NCBI GenBank assembly: GCA_964016885.1
Contig: OZ024740.1
Span: forward strand, 390,786,001 to 390,850,000
DNA from: Eledone cirrhosa
Lineage: Eukaryota
Reading direction: 5' to 3'
Length of the DNA: 64,000 nt
Both the position numbers and the translations under genes were made by a program. Position 1 is the stretch's first letter. Each line of letters begins with the position of its first letter. Of this stretch, positions 43,203 to 55,996 are shown piece by piece. Under the pieces are notes generated by a model. It was not told the origin of the DNA and searched no databases. It was given only the letters and a program-made list of their open reading frames with translations.

Positions 43203-46200
43203 TATCTCTTTCTCTTAATTTCGAGTATATTTTTGACTGGCCACCTTCCTGGTGGCAAGGTTGTAAAAGAAAAGAAATTGTCATCCCTTGAATCGCAAGA
43301 ATGTTTTGCAAATTTTGAAGATGCCAGCTATCGCAGCCATTTGTAGATTATGAATTATGGAGCTGCGCTATTTGTCCGCAAATCTAAGTTCAGTTATACA
43401 TTGGTCCAAGCGGGTTGTTATATAACCCGTAGCTCCAATAATGATGGGTATGAAGCTAAAGGTGTATCTTAGATACTGGATTTGTAAACTCCTTATCAAT
43501 GGTCCGTAGATGTCCTTCTTCTCCTGTATGTTTCTGACAACGTTTACATCAAGTGGGCAGCTGATCTCCACAACAGAACACGTTTTCAATGTGTGGTCCC
43601 AAACTACAATATCAGGCCGGTTGTGCTTTAATTTGGTGGCAGTTTTTATTTTCAAGTTCCACCAGTATTCTTTAGTGCCATCTCAATATATTCTTCCTCG
43701 TTTGTTTTTAATTTTGTTTTCCGAAGTGCGTTCCAGATGGTTCTAGCTATCCCATCGTGTCTCATGGGGAGGTAGTAGCGAGATGACATTCTTTCGCAGC
43801 TGGCAACAATGTGGCTTACATCTTCGATCTTTGTTTTACATAGCCTACATTTATTGTCAGCTGATAGCCCTCCTCTTTTGTGCAGCAGATATTTGGTAGG
43901 GAGTTCTTGTTCTTGTATTGCATAGAGATATCCCTCAAGGTGTGATGTTATAAACTTGTCGGAACTCCATGCCAGGCTTTTTGAGTGGTTTATCCCCTCT
44001 ATGGTCTGTGTTTTACGTCTCAAGTATCCATGGACAACTTTTTATGTAAATTGGTCAATTTTTTCATCTTCTTTGAACATTGAATAGGATCTTCCGATTT
44101 CTCTAGGTGAGAGATTTATATCAGGCTTTATTCCATATCTCTCCTCCAGATCAGTGTCTATCCTAATGATATTTTTTTCTTCATGCTCATAAACCTGGGC
44201 AAAGATGGTTGCCAACCTTTTTCCTCTGTTGAAGATGTTGCTTCAGTGTTACTATCCGGGTCTCATATGATGTTAATATGGATTTTAGACCCCGGCCACC
44301 TTCTCTGCGTGAGAAGTATAGCCTATCCACATCACCATTGATGTTAAAGTTCCCAGTAACACTGAGAAGTTTGCGAGTTCTAACATCCATCTCACTTAGT
44401 TCTTGCAATGACCAGTTCAGCAGGCCAAATGTTGGCGTTAGAATTGGCACAGCATAAGTATTGTGGGCAATGTACTTGTTGTACGCTGACAGTTCTGATG
44501 ACCATATTTTCTTTACTCTTCTGAGGTATTCAGTTCTGGTTCTCTCCTTATTTATGGGTCCATCATATCTAACATTCTCATACTGTCCAAGATATCTGTA
44601 ATTGTCATCTGACTGTAGAGGTTGTATTGTCAGGCCATTCATCTCTAGATTTCTAGAGGAGGGCACAGGCATTCCACGTTTTACTGTCAAATATGCACAC
44701 TTGGAATCACCAAATTTCATTTTGATGTCTGCTGAAAATTGTGTAATGAGCTCCAATTGTTTCTTGATGTCATTGATATTTGGCCCATACAACTTCAGGT
44801 CATCAACAAAGAAAAGACGGGAGATACTTCTGGACCCACTTCTTTGTCCACCTTGTTTCCTGAGTAGATATGATAGTGAATTTAGTGAGAGAACGAAGAG
44901 TAGCACTGACAAGCGTAGCACTGACAAGCTATCACCCTGAAAGATGCCCTTCTGGTAATGTATCTTATCAGTCTGAACCTGCTCCTGCTCACCTCTAAGG
45001 ATCAAATTGGTGTACCAGTTCTTGGTCAGACGTTCAACAGATGTTTCTGTAGAGCTGTTTCCAGTATTGACCCATCTATGTCATATTGTTTTGTCTGGAC
45101 ATGTTGGCAGTAGTCCTGTTCCAGTTCTTTTAGCCATTTAGTTTGTCTGTTGAATCCGTCATCCGTTTCCCATACAGGTCTCCAGTAGCTCTCAACCTGT
45201 TCTTTTGAAGGGGTGTCATTTACAGAGATTGAGCTTTTGCCACCGAAGCTGCGATAAAATGATTTAGGGTCTCTGGCAAACAATCTATTTAGCACTTATC
45301 GTTTATGTGCTGTTGACTTATATTTTAGTCTTTCTGTTGTAGCTGTGAGTTGTTGCTTCAATAGGTGTAATTTGGAGTTTAAAGTTTTAAATTTTGTATC
45401 TCCAAATCGTCTCTCTAATTTTTTTTTTACGTCTTCCTGGTGTCTCTCTGTTGCATTTCATAATGACTGCGATGTGTGAGATACTTCGTCTCAGGGACAA
45501 CATTTTGCTTTTTAAATTTCGCATCCACGCTGGTTCAGGCTTTTTGTTTGTATCTTGATTGCGTGGTTTTAGATGTTTTTTTTATATGATAGCAATGTGA
45601 TAGCTGAAACATATAACAAAATGTTAAGCATTTCAAATGTCGTTTCTACACCTTTTGATCGTGTAGCCTTCAGATAATAGTCAGCTATTTCGTTCACCGC
45701 CTCCAATTCCAATTTAGTGGGTTCTTTACTGATTGTGGTGTTGTATGGTCTGTCACTCACATTAAGGCTGTGTATCTCTTGAAACATATTATCCCATATC
45801 ACTTGTAAGGTGTCCAAAAGTTTTTGGTGTTCTGTTTGTACAGTAGAGTTATGAATTTCAGCCTCGTTGTTGGTGTGGTGACAATTACTACTAAAGTTAG
45901 CTGACCATTATCGCTGTTCTTCAGTGGAAGTGGGATGGATTTCAGCAAAATTGTTGGTGGGCTGGTCATTGTTAGATTTAGCTGACCATTCTCTTTGCCT
46001 GTCAGTGGAAGTGGGGTGATTGTCTACAAGGGCTGTATTTGTAGTATCACTCAATTCCGTTAGATGTATCAATTTACATCTAATGATACGTTTTGCCTGT
46101 TCATTTAAATGCCTTGGAGAAAAGTCTAATTCTGGGTGTTTGGAGTTCCATAAAGTTTTTAGCCTTTGCATAAAACCGAACTTTTGGGGTTCAGATTGTT

Positions 46201-48300
46201 TGTATGCTTCATATAATTCTTTGTTAAGCTCGTAGCTCCACTGTATACAACGGTTGTAGTTGTGATTTGGTCGAAGGAGATATAGCGAAGATACTAGCGG
46301 TGTATGAATGTAACAAGGAGACATAGACATGGTTTGTGTGTATAATATTTAATTAACAATCATGGATATATATAGAACAGTATAGTTGACATGTCAAAGA
46401 ATATAGATGATAGAATGAAGCAAAGTTAGTAGTTACCGTTTTGATTGCCAGGCAAACGCGAGACACCTGGCGAAGGCCAGGCGCCGGAAGGGCAAATGAG
46501 AGGGGGAGAACCGAGAGCTATTCGTTTTATAGGGCTCTGCCGGAAGTTACAGAAAGGGTTCTACTTCCCGTCTAGATGTTGTTAATCTATTGGGGTTGTG
46601 AGTCACAACAAGGGAGGCCACTGCTACATAACCTCCCGCCAGAATTTTAGAATATAAAAATCGAATGAAATATGTAGCAAGTTGGCGAGAATGTTGTAAC
46701 AGGCATGAAAATTACGACAAAAGAATGTTTGCAAAAATCAATGATAGATATCAAGGTAGCCAACCACTCTAGGCCAGAGAACGACTGGACATCTATCTAT
46801 CCATCACCCAAAGATACAATGTAATAAAGTAAGAGAAGAGCTCAAAGTTCAAATGTACAAAATATAGTTCACAGGTGTGCAATCACATGACAGCAGGAAA
46901 GAAAGTGTGTTCCAGAGAATGAATGCAGGTGGTTTCTGTTCTGTGGTATATCGTGAAATTTCCAACCTCCGAATGGATTTTCTCACAGGAAGAGTGCTGC
47001 AAAAATAAATTCTCTGGCTTGTTCTGCTGGTTTTGGTTGTTGGTGAAGCTGTGTTGATGTTGTCTCGCTGAGTGAGCGTATTCGGTGTTTAAATTCACAG
47101 TAAAAAATATTTTTTTCGGAAAAAAAATGAGTTGCGCAAAAGTGCTAGAAATAACAGCCGAAGTTGATGGTCGTTGTTGAGAATGCGTTGACCTGGAAGG
47201 GTCAAGAGGCCAGCGACCAAAGAAATAAGCATTCTGAATAAATGCGCAGTTTTCAACGGCAAATTTACGTGGTAAATTTTTAAACCGGCAAATAGGAGAA
47301 TATAGCTTAAGGCTGAAGAATCCTTGGCGAGAAACGTTATCTCTGGCGTGCGGCTATCTCTGTGAGTCGAGAATTTGTGCTGCCTACACGTGCCAATACA
47401 AGGTTAAGTTAGGTTGAAAAAATAATATTTCTAACGCGCGAGAAAATGATAGTGCAAGTGTGAAAGTGACAATGATGAAAAAGAAAGGCTTCACTTAGCA
47501 TAAGCATTGGTGTGAACTTTGTAAAAAAAAAACTTGAACGATGAAGAAAACGATGAAAATAAATGTTCCTGTTGAAATGTTTTTTTTTAAATATCAAATT
47601 TCTTTTTTTTTTTTTTGTTTTGAAAGTGTTCGTTGTAAGAAACGAGAAACATATATATATCGTGAAATGCGACAGTTAGTTGATGCGTGAGAGAAAAAGA
47701 TGTGCGAAAATTTCACATGTGCGTGGTGTGTTCGTTTCTTTTACTGAGTATTTTCATAGTTTGTCAATAAATTTGCTGTGTATTCGTAATGTTACTCACA
47801 CAACTCCAGAATCTGCTATTTTTTTCTTTTTTCGGGGTGACCACTTATAGCGATGAACGGCTGCGTGTTCGTATCACGCCAGGGTTACCAATATAGCGAA
47901 GATACTGGGTTGTATGAATGTAACAAGGAGACATGGTTTGTGTGTATAATATTTAATTAACAATCATGGATATATATAGAACAGTATAGTTGACATGTCA
48001 AAGTAATAGATGATAGAAAGAAGCAAAGTTAGTAGTTACCGTTTTGATTGCCAGGCAAACGCGAGACGCCTGGCGAAGGCCAGGCGCCGGAAGGGCAAAT
48101 GAGAGGGAGAGAGCCGAGAGCTATTCGTTTTATAGGGCTCTGCCGGAAGTTACAGAAAGGGTTCTACTTCCCGTCTAGATGTTGTTAATCTATTGGGGTT
48201 GTGAGTCACAACAAGGGAGGCCACTGCTACAGAGACTTGTACGTTTTTCCATGATGAGTTCGTCTATTCACTAATATTTTGTATTTATTTTTCAAAATAG
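43200..48300 (-). mobile_element. Near-full-length R4/Dong-like non-LTR retrotransposon (decayed; interrupted by LTR element)
   Basis: GIFQGDSLS, LFFVDDLKLY, MKFGDSKCA, YRYLG, CRLCKTKIEDVSHIVASC and HNRPDIVVWD...VEISCP. The ORF start MEKRTSLLRPNH is restored by removing 46281-48231 plus one TSD. Confidence 0.88.
46281..48231 (-). mobile_element. Non-autonomous LTR retrotransposon (TRIM/LARD-like)
   Basis: LTRs at 46281-46628 and 47892-48231 (minus strand TGTAGC...GCTATA). GAGA TSD. PPT GGCGGGAGGTTA at 46629-46640 and tRNA-Trp-like PBS ending at 47890. No coding capacity seen. Confidence 0.93.
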
Positions 48301-48832
48301 TCGATGATCTTCTTTAAAAGCTTCGACAAAGTTCTGTCAGAATCAAATTTAAAGTTATTCACAGCTTGGGTAATATTTCTTTTCAGTTAGTTTTTAATTC
48401 TACAACTGTGTTTTAAACGTTGTTCTTGAATCGTTTGAATCGAGAACAAAAAGAAAACAAAAAGAACCGTTACTTAGTATATTTCTTTATGAATGTAATA
48501 TAATATAACAACGCTGTATCTATATGTTAAAGTGTTTGTATCATTCATATAAATAGGTGTTCTACAACATATTCACAACATATTCACAGTGCAACACTGA
48601 TGTTTTTGTTTCTGAATCGAAAACGTTATTTGCATATCATAAGTGTATGTATCGTTCATATAAATAGGTGTTTTACAACCCACTTACAGTTCAAACACTT
48701 ATGTAGAATTATTGTATGTAATCTTACCGCGTAATATAGCTCAACTTTTTCCTATATATGATATGTTGCCTTCATGTAAGCCGTAATTACACACGTCCGA
48801 TTATCAGACACTGACCACAACAGTCGCCATTG

Positions 48833-48911
<79 letters not shown>

Positions 48912-49584
48912 GTGAGGTTTTTTTTTACAAAATGAAAAATAACCGAGGTGTCCTACACGAGTGAAAGTATTAAGAAAAAGAGATGAAATCGAAAATGCAA
49001 CTGGAGTCTTATTTTTTTTTTAAATATATATATTTATTTGGTTCCTTTACCGGTTTCGCAGTTCTTCTGCTTTTCAAAAGGTGAGTTGAGATGGAGGGTC
49101 TATGGTTTTTCTCACATCTGGTTGGTCTCTGAATGTTGCTTGTTTTATATGGAAAAAGTGGCTCTAAATGCCAGGTTTTTCGAGAAGTAATTTTATTGGT
49201 TTGTCAATAAATTTCGCGCCAGTTCGCGTTACAATAGTTCTTCAAATAAGAGGGGGGGGTTGTCACAGGTTGTTTTTTCATATATGAGTGTTTGAATTTC
49301 TTTTTACTTGAAAAAAGGAGGCTCACGAAGGCTTTTTTTTGGTTGGTTATAAATGAAATTATGGCTGTCACGTGAACAAGTTTTCATTAAATTTTTGTGC
49401 CCTTATTTGGAAATCCATTCTGTAGCCTTTTTAGAGAATTTTTTGATAAGTGAAAGATAATGGTCAAGAGAAAGGGATGGGCGAATTGTTCTGGTTCAGT
49501 GAATATCGTTAGTTCGCTGGGGTGTCAGAATTCAGATTTTCTATTGAATAAAGAAAGTAAAGATATGTGTGTTTATTTGTGTGC

Positions 49585-49701
<117 letters not shown>

Positions 49702-50020
49702 GTGTGTGTGTGTGTTTGAATTTCTTTACTGTAAAAAAAGGTGGCTCACGAAGTCTTTTTTTTAATAAACGTGATTTGATTGGTTATAAATGAAATTTGG
49801 CTGTCACTTGAACAAGTTTTCATTACATTTTTGCGCCCTTATTTGGAAAACTATTCTGTAGTCTTTATAGCGAATGTTATGACAATGGAAATATAGTGGT
49901 CAATAGAAAGGGATGGGCGAATTGTTCTGGTTCAGTGAATATCGTTAGTTCGCTGGGGTGTCAGAATTCAGATTTTCTATTGAATAAAGAAAGTAAAGAT
50001 ATGTGTGTTTATTTGTGTGC

Positions 50021-50137
<117 letters not shown>

Positions 50138-50471
50138 TGTGTGTGTGTGTGTGTGTTGTGTGTGTGTGTGTTTGAATTTCTTTACTGTAAAAAAAGGTGG
50201 CTCACGAAGTCTTTTTTTTAATAAACGTGATTTGATTGGTTATAAATGAAATTTGGCTGTCACTTGAACAAGTTTTCATTACATTTTTGCGCCCTTATTT
50301 GGAAAACTATTCTGTAGTCTTTATAGCGAATGTTATGACAATGGAAATATAGTGGTCAAGAGAAATGGGATTGGGAGAATTGTTCTGGTTCAGTGAATAT
50401 GGTTAGTTTGCTGGGGTGTCAGAGTTCAGATTTTCTATTGAAGTGAAGATATGTATGTTTATTTGTGTGCT

Positions 50472-50502
<31 letters not shown>

Positions 50503-50978
50503 TGGAAGATGATTCTATTAGTAGAAATGGGGGAGGGAGTTGTGTGTGTGTGTATGGGTGTTATGTGTGTGTGTGCGAGTATGTTAAGATGGAGAGAATA
50601 TATATTTTGTGTGTGTGTATATATATGTGTGTAGGAAAGTGGTTCTATTAGTAGAAATGGGGAGGGAGTTGTGGGTGTGGGGGTTGTTATGTGTGTGTGG
50701 GGGTGTTATGTGTGTGGGAGTATGGTTAGCATGTTAAGATGAAGAGAATATATATATATATATATTGTGTGTGTGTGTATGTGTGTGTGTAGGAAAGTGA
50801 TTCCTTTAGTAGGAATATTTTTGAATGAACATATTTTCCTTACTTATTCGTGTTTGTTCTGTTGTATTGTCAGTGCAAACGTATGTTAAGGTTTATTTAG
50901 TTCGGGTTTTTATTTTCTAAAGTAGAAGGTGTTATGTGTATGTGTGTATGTCATATTATGGTGTTGACCTGATGTATA

Positions 50979-51832
50979 TTAAACCATATTTAATGTTGGT
51001 CTATATTTTTGAATAAACATATTTTCCTTATTTATTCGCATTTGTTCTGTTGTATTGTTAGTGCAAAGGTAAAATGGGAAGACGTGGAATTTGGGTGTCT
51101 TATTACTTGCGCAAATGTCTAGATGTGCACTTAGTAGTATCTGTCTCGTGGTTGGATCTCGTAATTGTTGGCGATGAACTGTCATTCTGTTTCTGAGTGT
51201 GAGTTTAGTTTGTCCTATATAATCTTCATTGCATCCTTTACATTTAATGGCATAAATTAGATTTTTTGATGAGCAAGTGAAGTGATTTTTTACAGTAAAA
51301 TTTTGTCCTGATTTAAATGTATACGTGTTGCCTTCAATGAGGTGAGTGCAGGTTCCACAATTAGAGCGACCACATTTTTTGATACTTGGTTGTGGGTTTG
51401 TGGTAGGTAATTTGGCATTGGTGAGTAATGTTTTCAGTGATTTGGGTTGTCTTTTGCTTTTGATTATTTTGTGTGTTTCAAGGGCTTTTTTCATTCTTGG
51501 GTTTTGTTTTAGTAGTGGGATGTTATTGTGAATAGTGTTGTAAGCTTCCGCATTTCTTGGGTTGTGTGTTGAGATATATGATAGAATATTGGACGTACCT
51601 TGAATTTGTTTCTGTTTCCGTAATTCATCAATGCCTATTGCTTTAGCCCTTTCTATTCCATTATTTATTAGTAATAGTGGGTACTCTCTCTCGAGTAGAA
51701 TTTCCTTTAATTCTTGAAGTCTTTTATTTCGCGTTTCATAATTGGAGACAATTGTGCAAATTCTTCTTGCTAGGTTAAAGGGAATGTTCGTCTTCGTGTG
51801 CTTTGGATGGTTGGAGGTGAATAGCAGATATT
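50979..51832 (-). CDS. PLE C-terminus: RT thumb, Cys-rich linker and GIY-YIG endonuclease
   Basis: KKCGRSNCGTCTHL...NLIYAIKCKGCNEDYIGQT...RMTVH...ENMFIQKYRPTLN. Confidence 0.9.
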
Positions 51833-52220
51833 CCTCTTGACCATTATCTTCCACTTATCAAAAAATTCTCTAAAAAGGCTACAGAATGGATTTCCAAATA
51901 AGGGCACAAAAATTTAATGAAAACTTGTTCACGTGACAGCCATAATTTCATTTATAACCAACCAAAAAAAGCCTTCGTGAGCCTCCTTTTTTCAAGTAAA
52001 AAGAAATTCAAACACTCATATATGAAAAAACAACCTGTGACAATCCCCCCTCTTATTTGAATAACTATTGTAACGCGAACTGGCGCGAAATTTATTGACA
52101 AACCAATCAAATTACTTCTCGAAAAACCTGGCATTTCGAGCCACTTTTTCCATATAAAACAAGTAACATTCAGAGACCAACCAGATGTGAGAAAAACCAC
52201 AGACCCTCCATCTCAACTCA

Positions 52221-52258
52221 CCTTTTGAAAAGCAGAAGAACTGCGAAACCGGTAAAGG
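52221..52258 (+). ncRNA. Variant minimal hammerhead in PLE terminal repeat (inverted copy 49044-49081)
   Basis: CCTT-TTGAAAA-GCAG aagaa CTGC-GAAA-CCG-GTA-AAGG. Stem III is the palindrome ACCGGT. Confidence 0.7.
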
Positions 52259-52424
52259 AACCAAATAAATATATATATATTTTTTAAAAAATAAGACTCC
52301 AGTTGCATTTTCGATTTCATCTCTTTTTCTTAATACTTTCACTCGTGTAGGACACCTCGGTTATTTTTTATTTTGTAAAAAAAACCTCACTTTCTAATAT
52401 ATACCCACCACACGAAGACCGAAA

Positions 52425-53627
52425 ATGCCACCAAAGTCTCAACAAAACAACAACTCACTGAACCAGGACATCTCAAATGAACTCAAAAAGATTTCCTCTA
52501 AACTCTCAATTTTGACCAACAAAGTGGACCAAATACACATCTATAAAAAAGGACCCCACGAAGAAACAGAAAATACCCAAGAGACGAATATTACTCCAGT
52601 ATTAACTAAGCTAATCGAAACCATTGAAACAGCAATGCTCCAAAAGCTGGAACAACCGTTAGAACCCAATCTACGAGATGTCCACTCATTGAAAAACACC
52701 CTAATCAACATATGGACTCAAAAGCTCACAGCCCGCAAATTCGCCCTTTGGAATCTCCTAAAAAATAATGGCAAGGCAGACATATATGAAAAGTGGCTAA
52801 ACTCTACCCCAATCATCCTCCCCCAAAAACTCCAAATAAAACCCATCCCGAATGAACCAAAAAACCAACAAAGACTTAGGGAAAAGATGGCATTGGAAAA
52901 ATTTAAAACAGAAATAGAACTGTTGCGATTAAGAGCCAACTCCAACGAAGAAAAATTCAAGTCACTCGACCAACAGCTGGACACAGAAATCTCAAAGCAC
53001 TCTGAAGGCCTACTCTACAAAAAAAACCTAAAACTTTGGAAAGAAAACTGTGAGGATGAAGAACTAACATCCCTCCAGCGATGGGAAAAAAACGCTACCT
53101 GGTTCAACAACTACGAAATGGACTTCAAAAATGAACAACATACAGGTAACCCATTTTTAAAACAAACTAAAACTCACACACCACATGCACAACAAATAAC
53201 AAAAAAAGTAACAAAACGTCCAACATATCCCCAGCAAAACTATAACGATAATCCCAGAAACCATAGACAAAACTATAGCCCTACTAACAAAAACCAAAGA
53301 TCCCCGAACACAAGGCAGGACCTGATCCGCAGATCACAACCCACACAAAACCTATTCCAAAACCGTAGACCCCTGCCCACACAGAGCCTGTTCCAAAACC
53401 GTAGATCCCAACCCACACAAAGGAACAAAATCTACAACCCGGACTATCAACAAACCGAACCTCAATACGTCCGAAACTTCTATACAAGACAACACAACAA
53501 CAGGGGAAATGCCATTAGATATAATAATACCATTGAAAAAACATTCCAGAAAAATCATTTTTTAGACCAAGGCTACAGGACTCACGACACCCGGTGGCAC
53601 AAACCGATTTTGAAAAACCGAAAATAA
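52425..53627 (+). CDS. PLE upstream ORF (400 aa; helical/coiled-coil-like N-terminal part, Q/N/R-rich tail)
   Basis: Intact ORF directly after the terminal repeat. Overlaps the RT ORF in the -1 frame. Confidence 0.75.
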   Translation: MPPKSQQNNNSLNQDISNELKKISSKLSILTNKVDQIHIYKKGPHEETENTQETNITPVLTKLIETIETAMLQKLEQPLEPNLRDVHSLKNTLINIWTQKLTARKFALWNLLKNNGKADIYEKWLNSTPIILPQKLQIKPIPNEPKNQQRLREKMALEKFKTEIELLRLRANSNEEKFKSLDQQLDTEISKHSEGLLYKKNLKLWKENCEDEELTSLQRWEKNATWFNNYEMDFKNEQHTGNPFLKQTKTHTPHAQQITKKVTKRPTYPQQNYNDNPRNHRQNYSPTNKNQRSPNTRQDLIRRSQPTQNLFQNRRPLPTQSLFQNRRSQPTQRNKIYNPDYQQTEPQYVRNFYTRQHNNRGNAIRYNNTIEKTFQKNHFLDQGYRTHDTRWHKPILKNRK

Positions 53628-55259
53628 TTAACATTTCAAATACAAACCTCTCAGCCCAACAAGTAAAAATTCTCTCCAAAGGTCTGAAATTCACACCAAC
53701 ACCACAATACCCTAACCCCAACGAGATAAATGACGATATCTCACACTTCTGTAGAAAATTACGTCTCACAGAGGAATTCTTTGACAAGGAGAATAACGAC
53801 GAATCAATTGTACGGAATAAAAGCAGCTACAACCCAACAAAAGGTAGAAACAGAGTTCTGGACAAATTTTGTGACCACATAGCTACCTTCCCATACCATG
53901 AACTACCGCAACCTAAACTCAAACCCAACACGAGTCGAAGGGAATGGGAGATTATCCATGAACTAAAAAACAATGCGGACATTATAATTAAGGAAGCGGA
54001 CAAGGGAAGTACTGTTGTCATTATGGAGGCTGAAAAATATAAAAATTCTATGTTCTCTCTCTTACAAAATACTAATTACTATGAAAGAGTAAAAACTACC
54101 AGCAATCAAAAATAATGACCAAATTAAACACACTGATTTATCGATACCAGGAAGACCTAACTAAAAAGGAACGCGATTATTTAGCAAATTTTGAATACAA
54201 AACCAGCAACCTTTACGGACTTCCGAAGATCCACAAGTGTAAAATAATCAACGATGCCTGTAAACAATCCACCTCAGCCTGCGTAAACACACAATACCCC
54301 ACAGACCTTAAATTAAGACCAATTGTAGCGGGCCCACAATGTGAAACACACAGATTGAGCAACTTTATAGACATACTACTGAAACCAATACTGAAACACA
54401 TACCAAGCCTTGTAAGAGACGATCTGGACCTCTTAAACCACCTCTCCAAACATGTCAACAACGACACTATTATTGTGTCTTTCGATGTAGTGAATCTCTA
54501 CACAACGATCCTACACCAATACGGACTAGAAGCAATAGGATTCTGGCTAGAGAAATATCCCAATGAGATACCTGACAGAATAGAAAAAAGCTTCATCACC
54601 GAGGGATTAAAATACATCCTACAGAACAACTTTTTTGATTTCGATGGCAATACTTACAAGCAAATATCGAGGACTGCGATGGGTACAAAAGCCGCTCCAA
54701 CTTATGCCAACTTAGTCATGGCATACTTAGAAGTCCAAATATATGAACAGTCCAAATCAAAATACGGATTGAACTTCCACAAATATTTATCAGAGAATTG
54801 GAAACGCTACTTGGATGATTGCCTCATTCTTTGGTCCCACACACTCGACCAACTGAAGGATTTCAAAAACTTAATAAACGGCATCAATAACCACATCCAA
54901 TTCACAATGGAATACAGCCAAGATCAACTCCCATTTCTGGACATCTTAATCTTAAAAAAAGACACAAATATCGAAACTGACATACACTACAAACCAACAG
55001 ATTCCAAACAATATCTGCTATTCACCTCCAACCATCCAAAGCACACGAAGACGAACATTCCTTTTAACCTAGCAAGAAGAATTTGCACAATTGTCTCCAA
55101 TTATGAAACGCGAAATAAAAGACTTCAAGAATTAAAGGAAATTCTACTCGAGAGAGAGTACCCACTATTACTAATAAACAATGGAATAGAAAGGGCTAAA
55201 GCAATAGGCATTGATGAAATACGGAAACAGAAACAAATTCAAGGTACGTCCAATATTCT
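53564..55259 (+). CDS. PLE reverse transcriptase (one internal frameshift at ~54113; truncated at 55259)
   Basis: LSKGLKFTP, IKEADKG, LYGLPKIHK, LRPIV, SFDVVNLYT, TAMGT, RYLDD, LPFLDI, HYKPT. Confidence 0.92.
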
Positions 55260-55996
55260 CATCAAAAAATCTAATTTATGCGATTAAACACATTTTATCG
55301 TAATGAACCGTAACGAAATGGGATAATGAGATCAAGAAACTTAAACATTTCATGCTAATTATGATTTAATAACAAGGCAACATATTTTGTTGGAGTAACT
55401 GAAGCACCTCATATGATGGTATTTTTTTAATTTACACAATCTGAAACCATCATGCGCTTTCTGTATTACTTAGGAATCAATTGCTTTCCTTAACACAATG
55501 TTATTTTATTTTGATTATTTAATAAGTCCCCTCCATATATAGCACACGAACAATAGCACACGAACACTAACATTTTCAAATTTACATGTAGGAGTTATTT
55601 CCCTTTATAATACGTTTTTCCTAAACTAGCGTTTTTAGCACGCATTACTTTTGATGTTGACTTTGCCTTTCATCCTTACGGGGTCGATAAAATAAAGTAC
55701 CAGTAATGCACTGGGTAATTGCTGGCCTTGTGCCTAAAGTAGAAACAATTATTATCATTAGTATCTTATAAACTCGTATAAGCGCCTGAAGATAGGTCAC
55801 AATTTTTATTCCTCTTACATTTCTGGAGATAGGGTCAGTATTGGGCCTTGAAACCTTAGGTAGCGCTTTTGTTCCGTGTTTGAACATAAATACATAATAT
55901 AATATATCAGCTCTCTTCCCGATTGAGCACTGTTTTCCTTTTTCCTTTTCACACACGTATTACTTCATACACACACATACACACATACATACATAC

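Noticed and set aside
54105-54120. TAATG stop-start overlap as termination-reinitiation signal
   Set aside because: It falls inside the RT region. One extra A in the A-run restores NQKIMTKL, so a 1-bp deletion is the simpler explanation.
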